This document shows positions 18,567-26,743 of a DNA stretch of 64,000 bases, piece after piece. The notes under the pieces were generated by a model that did not search any database, was not told where the DNA came from, and worked only from the letters and a program-made list of their open reading frames with translations. The DNA is taken from assembly GCA_016176525.1 (NCBI GenBank), contig JACOWZ010000003.1:192001-256000 (forward strand), given 5' to 3'. Origin of the DNA: Candidatus Colwellbacteria bacterium (GTDB lineage Bacteria; Patescibacteriota; Minisyncoccia; UBA6257; Colwellbacteraceae). The translations under genes and the position numbers were made by a program. Positions within the stretch are counted from its first letter, which is position 1. Every line of letters begins with the position of its first letter.

Positions 18567-20954
18567 TTACTCAATTGTTTTCAAGCGCGCAAGGATTTCT
18601 GAATCAACTTCTGTTTTTGGCCTTCCGTAGCGGGAGAGCGACAAGCGTTTTACCTCTGTATAAACTGCGGAGTTCCCTTCTTGTGGCCTATATACAGCCA
18701 TAGAAAATGGCCTTGTCGTTTTGCCGCCGGAAAGAAGTTTTGCATAAAGATTAAAATTATCAATATTTATCAAATCCGATTCGTTAAACACGGGGGCAAA
18801 TTGTTTTGCCAAAGTTTCCGCATCTTCTGCACCAACCCTAAACGATAAGATACTGCCAACATTACCGAAGACAGCATCACGTATGTCGTCCTCCAACTGG
18901 GCTATAAATTGGTGCGCGACGGTGAGGTTTAGTTTATACTTGCGCGCCTCGGAGAGGATCGTTGCGATTGAGTCAGTTGCAAAATTTTGGAACTCGTCTA
19001 TATATAGATAAAAATCTTTGCGGTCTGCCTCCTTCATATCTACGCGCGAAAATGCAGCCATTAAAATTTTCCCGACAATAATTAGCCCCAAAAGCGAGGA
19101 GCTTATATCCCCCAAACGCCCTTTTGCCAAGCTCACTATCAAAATCTTTTTACTATCCAATATATCGCGAAACTTTATTGTGCTCTTAGACTGCGCGATA
19201 ATCGGTCGCACATAGTCGTTGCCCAAAAACGCGTTGAATTTTGATGTGATATAAGGCACAAGATTTTGCAAAGATGCCTCGCCGCCGGCTTTTTCCGCCT
19301 CTTTCTCCCAAAAGTCGCGAACCAAAACATCTGTTGTATTTTCTAAGAGTGATTTTCTAAACTCTTTGTCTGCGAGTACTTTTGGAATCTCTAATATCGT
19401 GTATCCGCGCTCGGGATACGCCATCAAAAGCTGCAAAGCATTCCTCGTATATTGCTCAAAAATCGGCCCGCCAGTTTCTTTTAGGTTGTAGAGCTTGTCA
19501 AAGATATTCATAAGCTCGTTTATAATAAATGTCTTCTGCTCCGGATATCGCGGGTCGTACTCCAACATATTTAAGCCAATGGGCATCGCTAGTTCCGCGG
19601 GGTCGACAACCACAACATCGTTATATCTTTCTTTTGGGATCAAACCCAGAATATCTTCTGCTATATCACCGTGCGGGTCTATTAACCCAACACCCTCGCC
19701 ATTCAAAATATCCTGCACAATCATATTTTTCATCAAACTCGTCTTGCCTGTGCCTGTTTGGCCCACAACGTATACGTGCCTGCGCCTGTCTTCTTGCGTA
19801 AGAAATATTTTGCGTTCATTGCCGCGAAAAACATTTTTACCCAACAATAGTCCTTCTCTTGGCAACTCAACAGGCGCTTCCGTAAGCCTAGCTTTTGCGG
19901 TTTTAACCCGAGACGCCTCTAGCGCAACATTCGGAAAATGATAGATACTCGTTAACTCCTCGGTTGATAAAACAATTTTCTCTTTTTTATCAAAAAGCCT
20001 GTAGGCAAAATTAAACAAAAGCTTCTTTAGCTCGCCCCCTTTTGCATGGACGAACCTTATGCTGTTTGATACCGGGTAATTAAACTGCCCAAAAACGTTC
20101 TCAATTTGCCTTTCAACATCTTCTGCTTCCGCAGGGGTTTTAGCGGAGGCAATAATTCTAATATTTACCTCTAAATGGTTTTTTGATGATTTTTTCTCTA
20201 TTGCTTTTATAAGCTCTTCCGAAACCTCCGAGGAGCTTCCAAGTTGTTCTTCTACCTTTCTCGCCGAAACTGTTTTGATTGTTTTAGAAATAGGGTCTTC
20301 AGAAACAAGTTTTAGCGCCTCTTCCAAACTCTTGCCCTTTCTTAAATATTTAGCAATTTTTATGCCTGTCTTACGCACTCTACGACCCATAGCCGGCTTA
20401 AAAAGCACTTGCAAGGCCGCACCTTCGCCGATTTCTTTTAGTTTAGAAAGAGCGCCGGCAATTCCTCGCAATGGGTCAGACTCCAAATCTGTATAAGTTT
20501 TAATTGGCAAAGAAGTACTTCTCTCCAAGATCGCATAAGCGCCAAAAGCCGCGCCGGACGGATTAAAAATATTGTAATCCTGAACCTCTTCTATATTGGC
20601 GTTTGGGAAATAGCTGTATATTTGCTTCTCAGCATCTCCAATTATGCGCGCCGGCGCAGAAATATAAAACACAATTTCTTCGCCAACATGCGGCACGGCA
20701 ACCTCAATGGCGATATGCGCATTTTTTAGCTTACTAAACGCGGAGTAAAACTGCTCCATCACAGCTATTTTTTCTTTTGGATCTTCGCCTTCTTTCTGTA
20801 TATCTCTCGGGAGACTTACAGATAAGAGCCGCATGTTAAGAGACTTTGCAACGCGCTCTCTAAAATTTCTGTGTGTGATGATAACTGCAGCGAATATAAG
20901 AGCGAGAACTACTACAAAGAGTAGAAAACTCAAAACTATTAAGACTGAAGCCAT
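18567..20954 (-). CDS. VirD4/TraG/TraD-like type IV coupling-protein ATPase
   Basis: N-terminal TM segment, Walker A GQTGTGKTS and Walker B YLYIDEFQNF. Length is 795 aa, with a TraG-D_C-like C-terminus. Confidence 0.75.
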   Translation of the reverse strand: MASVLIVLSFLLFVVVLALIFAAVIITHRNFRERVAKSLNMRLLSVSLPRDIQKEGEDPKEKIAVMEQFYSAFSKLKNAHIAIEVAVPHVGEEIVFYISAPARIIGDAEKQIYSYFPNANIEEVQDYNIFNPSGAAFGAYAILERSTSLPIKTYTDLESDPLRGIAGALSKLKEIGEGAALQVLFKPAMGRRVRKTGIKIAKYLRKGKSLEEALKLVSEDPISKTIKTVSARKVEEQLGSSSEVSEELIKAIEKKSSKNHLEVNIRIIASAKTPAEAEDVERQIENVFGQFNYPVSNSIRFVHAKGGELKKLLFNFAYRLFDKKEKIVLSTEELTSIYHFPNVALEASRVKTAKARLTEAPVELPREGLLLGKNVFRGNERKIFLTQEDRRRHVYVVGQTGTGKTSLMKNMIVQDILNGEGVGLIDPHGDIAEDILGLIPKERYNDVVVVDPAELAMPIGLNMLEYDPRYPEQKTFIINELMNIFDKLYNLKETGGPIFEQYTRNALQLLMAYPERGYTILEIPKVLADKEFRKSLLENTTDVLVRDFWEKEAEKAGGEASLQNLVPYITSKFNAFLGNDYVRPIIAQSKSTIKFRDILDSKKILIVSLAKGRLGDISSSLLGLIIVGKILMAAFSRVDMKEADRKDFYLYIDEFQNFATDSIATILSEARKYKLNLTVAHQFIAQLEDDIRDAVFGNVGSILSFRVGAEDAETLAKQFAPVFNESDLINIDNFNLYAKLLSGGKTTRPFSMAVYRPQEGNSAVYTEVKRLSLSRYGRPKTEVDSEILARLKTIE

Positions 20955-21313
20955 TTAATTAAAGAATCATGTAATTGGTCTTCTAACCAAGGGTCACCGA
21001 TTTTCCGCGCGGCAAGCGATGCCTTAACCGGACCATGCTCGGCCGCATAGTCCAAAAGTTTTTTTAGTTTTACGGTTTTGTCTGTAATTTCCTCGCCTGC
21101 AAATTCTATCTTCGGTAATGTGCCGGCGACCTGCGCAGACTTGGCTTTCGCCACATATTCATCAATCGCTTCTCGTGCAACCTCTCTTGGTTTCTTCTCT
21201 ATTCCTTTTTCGGAATAGTTAACAACCTTTTCGCGGACAGATTCGCCTATTGTTTTAAGTTCTTCGTAATGGCGTTCGGGAAAATTCATGGTTTTACAAG
21301 TTAAGTATAGCAA
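20939..21313 (-). CDS. Hypothetical protein; the start is probably the internal Met at 21289
   Basis: ORF only. It overlaps the start of the VirD4-like gene by 16 nt. Confidence 0.4.
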   Translation of the reverse strand: MLYLTCKTMNFPERHYEELKTIGESVREKVVNYSEKGIEKKPREVAREAIDEYVAKAKSAQVAGTLPKIEFAGEEITDKTVKLKKLLDYAAEHGPVKASLAARKIGDPWLEDQLHDSLIKWLQS

Positions 21314-21335
21314 ATTATAATTGCTTGTATTCTAT

Positions 21336-21379
21336 GCGCGCTTAGCTCAGTGGAAGAGGGCGCACTCGCCCGTTTACAC
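21336..21379 (+). pseudogene. Degenerate 5' fragment of tRNA-Val
   Basis: GCGCGCTTAGCTCAGTGG matches the first 18 nt of tRNA-Val, and the TTTACAC anticodon loop follows, but the stems are disrupted by insertions. The flanking TTAAGTAT also occurs twice (21301 and 21411). Confidence 0.5.
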
Positions 21380-21418
21380 ATTTTCGTAATTTCGCTATTC
21401 TAGTATCAGCTTAAGTAT

Positions 21419-21493
21419 GCGCGCTTAGCTCAGTGGCAGAGCAACTCGTTTACACCGAGTGGGTCGGGGGTTCAAATCCCTCAGCGCGCACCA
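21419..21493 (+). tRNA. tRNA-Val, anticodon TAC, with encoded CCA
   Basis: GCGCGCTTAGCTCAGTGGCAGAGCAACTCGTTTACACCGAGTGGGTCGGGGGTTCAAATCCCTCAGCGCGCACCA forms a clean cloverleaf. Confidence 0.9.
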
Positions 21494-21638
21494 AAATAAA
21501 AAGCTACACATTGTGAGTGATCTTTCATTTTGAATATATCTGGGATTTGAACGACCGCAGCTCTAATTTTCAGCAGAAAATTTGAGCGAGGGGCGGCCTG
21601 CGAGCGCGAGGAGCGACGGCGACGAGCGACTTGTAGGG

Positions 21639-21662
21639 CAAATCCCTCAGCGCGCACCAAAA
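21639..21662. repeat. Direct repeat identical to the 3' end of tRNA-Val (21473-21496)
   Basis: CAAATCCCTCAGCGCGCACCAAAA is a 24-nt perfect copy lying 142 bp downstream of the tRNA. Confidence 0.7.
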
Positions 21663-21754
21663 ACTTGACTTGAAAGAATTTTTATGCTTTTTTAACTGCG
21701 GCAGGGCTTGTCCCTCGCCAAACGAACACTACAAAACTGAATAGGTGAAACAGA

Positions 21755-22669
21755 ATGGCAATCCTAGAAACCATACAGGGAATTCTCTTGGCTATGTGGA
21801 TCGCGATTGTGCTTTTCTTGCTCTCTGGCTTTTTCTTTATAGATGACAAGAAAAAAATCAGGGTCTTCATAGTGCGGGAACAAAGCGCCGCAATCATGGA
21901 ACGCTTGGGCAAATTTAAAAGAGAAGTGCGGCCAGGTTTGCACTGGAAAATACCGTTCGTGGACAGAATCGCGGCGATCCTGAACTTGCGCGTACTTTCG
22001 CTGAATTTTTCTGCGGAGCACACGCGAACGAAGGATGAAGTCCTCGTGGACCTCAATTTCTCGGTGCAGTGGCGCATACGGAACGAGCGCGGTATGCCCT
22101 CTGCGGCATACTATGTCCTTTCGGACCTCCAGGCGCAAATTAAAAGCATGGTGTTGGACACAACCCGCACCTTGATTCCGGACACAACCCTCGACAACCT
22201 TTTCACTCGGAAAAATGATATAGCAAAGGAAGTCGAGAGTAAGATCAAAACGCTTATGGACGGCATCTTCAAGGAAAGCCCCGCAACAGAAGCACAGATA
22301 TCAGCGATTGATATCATCAAGGTGCTGATTGAGGATATCAACCCTCCGGAAGCTGTGGCGGAAGCAATGAACGCGATTGAAGCCGAAAAACGGCAGACAA
22401 TTGCGGCGAAGAGCAGAGCCGAAAACGAGCGCAGGCTCAAGGTTGCGGATGCCGAGGCAATGCGCGATGCGATCAAAACAATCCGGGAAGACAATCAAGG
22501 AATGTCTGAACGAGAGATCCTCGCCGCTTTCTTGGAAATGCAGCGCCTTGAGACATGGCGCACAATGGGCGCCGGAAAAACGGTGCTCATCGCCGGCGGC
22601 GACCCCATAACACGAGGCATAGTCGCTGGAAACGAAGCTACAAGAGAAGGGCAGGGCAGGGCCGACTAA
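21755..22669 (+). CDS. SPFH/Band-7 (stomatin/HflC-like) membrane protein
   Basis: N-terminal TM segment then an SPFH domain (RVLSLNFSAEHTRTKDEVLVDLNFSVQWRI). Confidence 0.8.
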   Translation: MAILETIQGILLAMWIAIVLFLLSGFFFIDDKKKIRVFIVREQSAAIMERLGKFKREVRPGLHWKIPFVDRIAAILNLRVLSLNFSAEHTRTKDEVLVDLNFSVQWRIRNERGMPSAAYYVLSDLQAQIKSMVLDTTRTLIPDTTLDNLFTRKNDIAKEVESKIKTLMDGIFKESPATEAQISAIDIIKVLIEDINPPEAVAEAMNAIEAEKRQTIAAKSRAENERRLKVADAEAMRDAIKTIREDNQGMSEREILAAFLEMQRLETWRTMGAGKTVLIAGGDPITRGIVAGNEATREGQGRAD

Positions 22670-22682
22670 AGGCCTCGCAAAC

Positions 22683-22712
22683 GGGAGTTCAAATATGAAC
22701 TCCCTATTTTTG
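22683..22712 (+). terminator. Rho-independent terminator after the SPFH gene
   Basis: Stem GGGAGTTC, loop AAATAT, stem GAACTCCC, then TATTTTTGTT. Confidence 0.55.
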
Positions 22713-22769
22713 TTGCGAGTTTTACTGATTAGGTTAAAATCTGATATATTAATCTACTCCTAATATATT

Positions 22770-23474
22770 ATGGACAAAAAACTGCCAACACATATTGCGA
22801 TAATCCCAGACGGCAATCGCCGGTGGGCAAAGAAAAAAGACAAACCTTCTTGGGAAGGCCATATTAAAGGCGCAAAAACTACAGAAGAGATAATCCGCGC
22901 CATTAATGATTTGGAAATAAAATATGTAACGATTTGGGGCAGTTCGTACGATAATCTTGTAAAAAGGACTTCAAAAGAGGTAGCGGTATTAGACAAGGTT
23001 TACCGCGATGGCGCGGAAAAACTTGCTAAAGACAAGGATGTAGTTAAAAAAGGCGTGCGTGTAAGATTTTTAGGCGAATGGCGCGAGTTCTTAACCCCCA
23101 AAACCATAACCGCAATAGAAAAAACAGAAGATCTAACTAAGAACAACACTAGGCGAGGCCTTACCATACTTATCGCCTACAATGGAGACAGAGAGGTAAT
23201 AAACGCAATAAATAAGCTTGTTAGTCAAACGGCAAACGGCAAAATTAATGAAAACTCAATAAAACAGGCACTTTGGACTGCCGAACTACCCCCTGTTGAC
23301 CTAGTTATACGCACAGGCGGCAATGAGCCACATCTATCTAATGGCTTTATGATGTGGGATACTCGCTATGCAGAACTCTACTTTAGCCCTAAAATGTGGC
23401 CGGAATTCACAAAATCAGACCTAAATAAGGCTTTGGATTACTATGCCAGCCGAGAAAGGCGGTTTGGTAAGTAG
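22770..23474 (+). CDS. uppS: Undecaprenyl diphosphate synthase
   Basis: HIAIIPDGNRRWA motif and cis-IPPS family length (234 aa). Confidence 0.9.
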   Translation: MDKKLPTHIAIIPDGNRRWAKKKDKPSWEGHIKGAKTTEEIIRAINDLEIKYVTIWGSSYDNLVKRTSKEVAVLDKVYRDGAEKLAKDKDVVKKGVRVRFLGEWREFLTPKTITAIEKTEDLTKNNTRRGLTILIAYNGDREVINAINKLVSQTANGKINENSIKQALWTAELPPVDLVIRTGGNEPHLSNGFMMWDTRYAELYFSPKMWPEFTKSDLNKALDYYASRERRFGK

Positions 23475-23486
23475 TGGAGGGAGAGG

Positions 23487-23767
23487 TGTAAAACAACTGT
23501 AAAACATGGGTGTGAAACACTTAAAATGTTTCACACTAGATGTTTCATACCCAAAGCGTGAAACACTGAGAATGTTTCACCTATGGAGAACCTATATATG
23601 TGTGAACGTGAAACATTTTGGAGCCATGTTTATACCAACTTAATTGTTTCACAGCAAACACTTTAGATCTTCTATAAGTAAAAGTCCTCGAGTGTTTCAC
23701 ACTAAGTGTGAAACACACACCATATGTTCTATAGTAGAACATATTTTGAAGTTTTATGTGAAACACT
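23487..23767. repeat. Array of at least ten parS half-site-like 8-10-mers (TGTGAAACAC / GTGTTTCACA) in both orientations
   Basis: Copies begin at about 23512, 23529, 23542, 23558, 23575, 23608, 23646, 23693, 23708 and 23759, with degenerate GTAAAACA copies at 23487 and 23498. An inverted pair spans 23691-23716 with a 3-nt gap. Confidence 0.6.
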
Positions 23768-23782
23768 TGGTATACTACGAGA

Positions 23783-24148
23783 ATGACCTATAAATCTGCG
23801 CTTGGGGCTAATGGTGAAAGTATAGCTTGTGAGTACCTAGTGGGTAAGGGATATAAGATCTTGGAGAGAAACTATAGGAAACCTTGGGGAGAACTGGATA
23901 TTGTAGCTGTTTCGCCTGGTAAAACACTTGTTTTTGTGGAAGTTAAGACCGTTGCCGGAATAGACCCAGACTACACCGCCGAAGAACAACTAACCCAGAG
24001 CAAACTCACTAAACTCCAACGGACAGCAAGCCTATATGCAAATAAATACTTTGAAAGACATCCAGACGACGCCGGCTGGCAAATAGATCTAATAGCTATA
24101 AATATAGTGGGTGATGAGCATAGTGTGAAACATTACGAGAATATTTAA
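23783..24148 (+). CDS. yraN: YraN/UPF0102 family (PD-(D/E)xK endonuclease-like) protein
   Basis: GESIACEYLVGKGYKILERNYR...ELDIVA...LVFVEVKT. Length is 121 aa. Confidence 0.8.
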   Translation: MTYKSALGANGESIACEYLVGKGYKILERNYRKPWGELDIVAVSPGKTLVFVEVKTVAGIDPDYTAEEQLTQSKLTKLQRTASLYANKYFERHPDDAGWQIDLIAINIVGDEHSVKHYENI

Positions 24149-24172
24149 AATAAAAAGCGCCCGAGGGCGCGA
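24147..24172 (-). terminator. Terminator for the 24182-24415 gene, possibly bidirectional
   Basis: GCGCC, loop CGAG, GGCGC hairpin. On the minus strand it is followed by TTTTTATTTTA. Confidence 0.5.
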
Positions 24173-24181
24173 AAATACGAT

Positions 24182-24415
24182 TTATGTAGCGAGGAGATTA
24201 GGCTGCACGAGCCTGAAGTTGCCGCGATGCGTCTGCCTGATGCTTCCAATCCGCTCCAACTCCTGAAGAGCAACTGAAAACAATCTGTCGCCATCATCAA
24301 CTTCAAGGCGCCCGCAGATATAATCTAGAGACGCCACCATGCCCGCTCGCTCGGCAAGAGCGCGTTTAATCCCATCTTCTGTTGCATTGATTAGTTCTTC
24401 CTGTTCCATAGGCAC
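24182..24415 (-). CDS. Hypothetical 77-aa protein
   Basis: Clean ORF with its own terminator, divergent from rpsT. I cannot assign a family. Confidence 0.5.
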   Translation of the reverse strand: MPMEQEELINATEDGIKRALAERAGMVASLDYICGRLEVDDGDRLFSVALQELERIGSIRQTHRGNFRLVQPNLLAT

Positions 24416-24481
24416 ACCTTTAAGGTACCAAAAAAAATATATAAGAAATAGACTAAGGAGTCAAAGGAGGGTTGTGCGCGC

Positions 24482-24510
24482 TTTACAAATTGCCGATTAT
24501 CTTCTATTAT
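24482..24510 (+). promoter_or_regulatory. Candidate sigma70-type promoter for rpsT
   Basis: TTTACA (24482-24487), 17-nt spacer, TATTAT (24505-24510). The ATG is at 24528. Confidence 0.45.
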
Positions 24511-24527
24511 TTACCCCATTCAACACT

Positions 24528-24776
24528 ATGCCAAGAACAAAAACAGCAAAAAAGGCCTTGCGCCAAAATATAAGAAGGCGCGTAAGGAATTTAAATAGAA
24601 TCAAAAAACTAAAAGCCGAGATTAAGGCGTATAAAAAGACAGGGGATCTTGCTAAGGTTTATTCCGCACTGGATAAGGCTGCAAAAGTAAATCTAATTAA
24701 GAAAAATAAAGCGAGCAGACTTAAATCTCGCTTGTCGGCTCAACTTAAGGCGAAATCAACGAGCGCCTCTTCGTAG
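24528..24776 (+). CDS. rpsT: 30S ribosomal protein S20
   Basis: MPRTKTAKKALRQNIRRRVRN... matches S20. The start is moved to the internal Met of the 145-aa track ORF. Confidence 0.88.
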   Translation: MPRTKTAKKALRQNIRRRVRNLNRIKKLKAEIKAYKKTGDLAKVYSALDKAAKVNLIKKNKASRLKSRLSAQLKAKSTSASS

Positions 24777-25519
24777 TCTAATTTGCCGGACTTTACTGCA
24801 GCATCATAGTCGGCGAGTGCCTCTATTTTGCTACGGTCTTTTAAACCAAAAATGAGCCCGTTAAATATTCTGGCGGGATCTTCTTTATTATCGCTAAAAA
24901 GCTTTTCAAGCGCAGTAAGTTTCTGAGTTGGAGTTCCGCCATATTTTAATGCGCCGGAGAGCGCGAAATAACTGCCGAGTTGCGCAGATTCCAGAGTAGG
25001 TTTTTTCATAAGAGCAACTTTATCAAGCTCTGTAACTATTCCCCATAAATCCTCTCCAAAATTTTCTTCCAGAATTTCTGTGTCTTCCGCACCAAGTTGT
25101 AGACCACGTTCTACGGCCTCGCGTTTTATAAAAGCGCGCAGCTCTGGCCCCTTACTTGGTAAGTCACAAAATCTTTGCACCACATCATCTGCAAGCAGAA
25201 AGTCAAAAGTTTTCGCTGGTTTTTTATCCGCAAGGACAATCAAGATTGTTTCTTTGTCTCCAATGTTTTCTTTTAGAAACTCTTTAACTTCTTTTTTGTT
25301 CTCCGACTCTAGAATATTCTCTACCACCGCAAACTTACGCGGCTCAAACATAGATCTGCTTCCTACAAAATTAAGCAAGCGCTCAAACTCTTTATCTTCC
25401 AGGACATTAAATTGCTCTAAGAACAGAGACGTGCCTTGTTTTTTTGAAGCACTCGAAAGCGTTTCTTTAAGGCGCTTGCCGCGCAAGTAAGAATTGGGGC
25501 CATAGATAAATATAATCAT
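24740..25519 (-). CDS. holA: DNA polymerase III delta subunit
   Basis: N-terminal MIIFIYGPNSYL resembles the HolA start. The start is moved to the internal Met (CAT 25517-25519) so the gene does not overlap the histidine kinase. Confidence 0.7.
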   Translation of the reverse strand: MIIFIYGPNSYLRGKRLKETLSSASKKQGTSLFLEQFNVLEDKEFERLLNFVGSRSMFEPRKFAVVENILESENKKEVKEFLKENIGDKETILIVLADKKPAKTFDFLLADDVVQRFCDLPSKGPELRAFIKREAVERGLQLGAEDTEILEENFGEDLWGIVTELDKVALMKKPTLESAQLGSYFALSGALKYGGTPTQKLTALEKLFSDNKEDPARIFNGLIFGLKDRSKIEALADYDAAVKSGKLDYEEALVDFALS

Positions 25520-25521
25520 GC

Positions 25522-26733
25522 TTATTCGTAAACTGTCTCTTGTTTGGGTATAAGGTTTGGGTCTGTAGGCAGAGTAAGATAAAAAGTTGTGCCCTTGCCT
25601 AAAGTTGATTCTGCCCAAACTGTGCCTCCATGCTGCAAGATTATATTTCTTGCAATATATAGGCCTAAACCCGAGCCAACAGTTTGTACAGCAGAGGCAT
25701 TCTTTGCTCTAAAAAACTTTTTAAATAATTTATCAATTTCTTCTGCGGGAACACCTATGCCTGTATCTTTAATACTTACCTGAATATAGGGTTTATCTTC
25801 TAGCCGTTCAATCTTAACCGTGACGGAACCGTTTTGTACGTTGTATTTTATTGCGTTATCAACAAAATTAGATATTGCTAAGCCTAGTTTTTCCGGGTCC
25901 GCCTTTAAAGGGAGGGGCGCCTCTCCGCCTTTATCAAAATAAAGGTTAACACCCGCTCTTTTCGCAAAAATAGAAGCACTTTGTAAAGAAGAGGTTAAAA
26001 ATTTTATAATATCAATATTTTCAAACTTATAGCCGAATTTGCCTTCTTCTATTTTAGAAACATCCAACATATCGTTAACTATCTTGGAGAGGGCTTTCGC
26101 GGAGCCGAGGCCTTGTTCTGCAATATCTTTGTCATCGAGCGAAACCGAGTTGCTTTTTCTTAAAATATCAAAAGCCCAAAGCACACCTGTGAGGGGCGTG
26201 CGCAGTTGGTGCGCAGCAACGGTTATAAATTCCGATTTCGATTTTAACATCCCTATTTCTCTGGTCATATCTCTTATTACCTTAACAAAACCGTTTTCGC
26301 CTTCTGATATATTGAGGGCTGCAGTATAAACTCGCAATTCAAGCTCGGGGTCGGTAAACGACAAATCTGCAATTTGTGTATTAGATCCTTCTTCTGTTCT
26401 TTCCACAACTTGGGGGGCAAGAGATGGGAAAACAACCTGCACGAGAGTTTTTAGATTTTTATCTTTAATTCTCTCCGGCCCGATTTTTTTGCCGATAATA
26501 TCACTTGCGCTCACACCAAAAATCCTTTCAGCTCCGGGATTAAAGACCAAAACCTTAAAATCGTTGTCATAAACCACAACTCCATCTGCAAGATTATCTA
26601 CAATATCTGCCAAATATCCTTTTATTTCTTTTGCTTCGGCGCTAATTTTCTTAAGTTTAATAACTTGTAAAGCCAGTACTACGCCTAGTGTCACCGCAAT
26701 TAGCGAAACAATTATTAAAAGATAAAATAACAT
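25522..26733 (-). CDS. Sensor histidine kinase (TM, PAS, HisKA, HATPase_c), orphan
   Basis: H-box HQLRTPLTG and the G2 box GSGLGLYIARNII. No response regulator gene is adjacent. Confidence 0.85.
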   Translation of the reverse strand: MLFYLLIIVSLIAVTLGVVLALQVIKLKKISAEAKEIKGYLADIVDNLADGVVVYDNDFKVLVFNPGAERIFGVSASDIIGKKIGPERIKDKNLKTLVQVVFPSLAPQVVERTEEGSNTQIADLSFTDPELELRVYTAALNISEGENGFVKVIRDMTREIGMLKSKSEFITVAAHQLRTPLTGVLWAFDILRKSNSVSLDDKDIAEQGLGSAKALSKIVNDMLDVSKIEEGKFGYKFENIDIIKFLTSSLQSASIFAKRAGVNLYFDKGGEAPLPLKADPEKLGLAISNFVDNAIKYNVQNGSVTVKIERLEDKPYIQVSIKDTGIGVPAEEIDKLFKKFFRAKNASAVQTVGSGLGLYIARNIILQHGGTVWAESTLGKGTTFYLTLPTDPNLIPKQETVYE

Positions 26734-26743
26734 TTCTGGTTAA

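Noticed and set aside
21682-22138. Minus-strand ORFs 21682-22077 and 21764-22138 overlapping the SPFH gene
   Set aside because: They are antisense to a clear SPFH-domain CDS with no independent support.
23581-23766. 61-aa ORF on the minus strand inside the repeat array
   Set aside because: It is composed of translated TGTTTCAC repeats (MFH...), so it is an artefact of the repeat.
23480-23780. The short-repeat region considered as a CRISPR array or as the oriC DnaA-box cluster
   Set aside because: The repeats are only 8-10 bp, irregularly spaced and in both orientations, and no cas genes are present. The motif GTGAAACA fits the parS half-site, not the DnaA box TTATCCACA. The actual dnaA-rpmH origin region lies 13 kb away.
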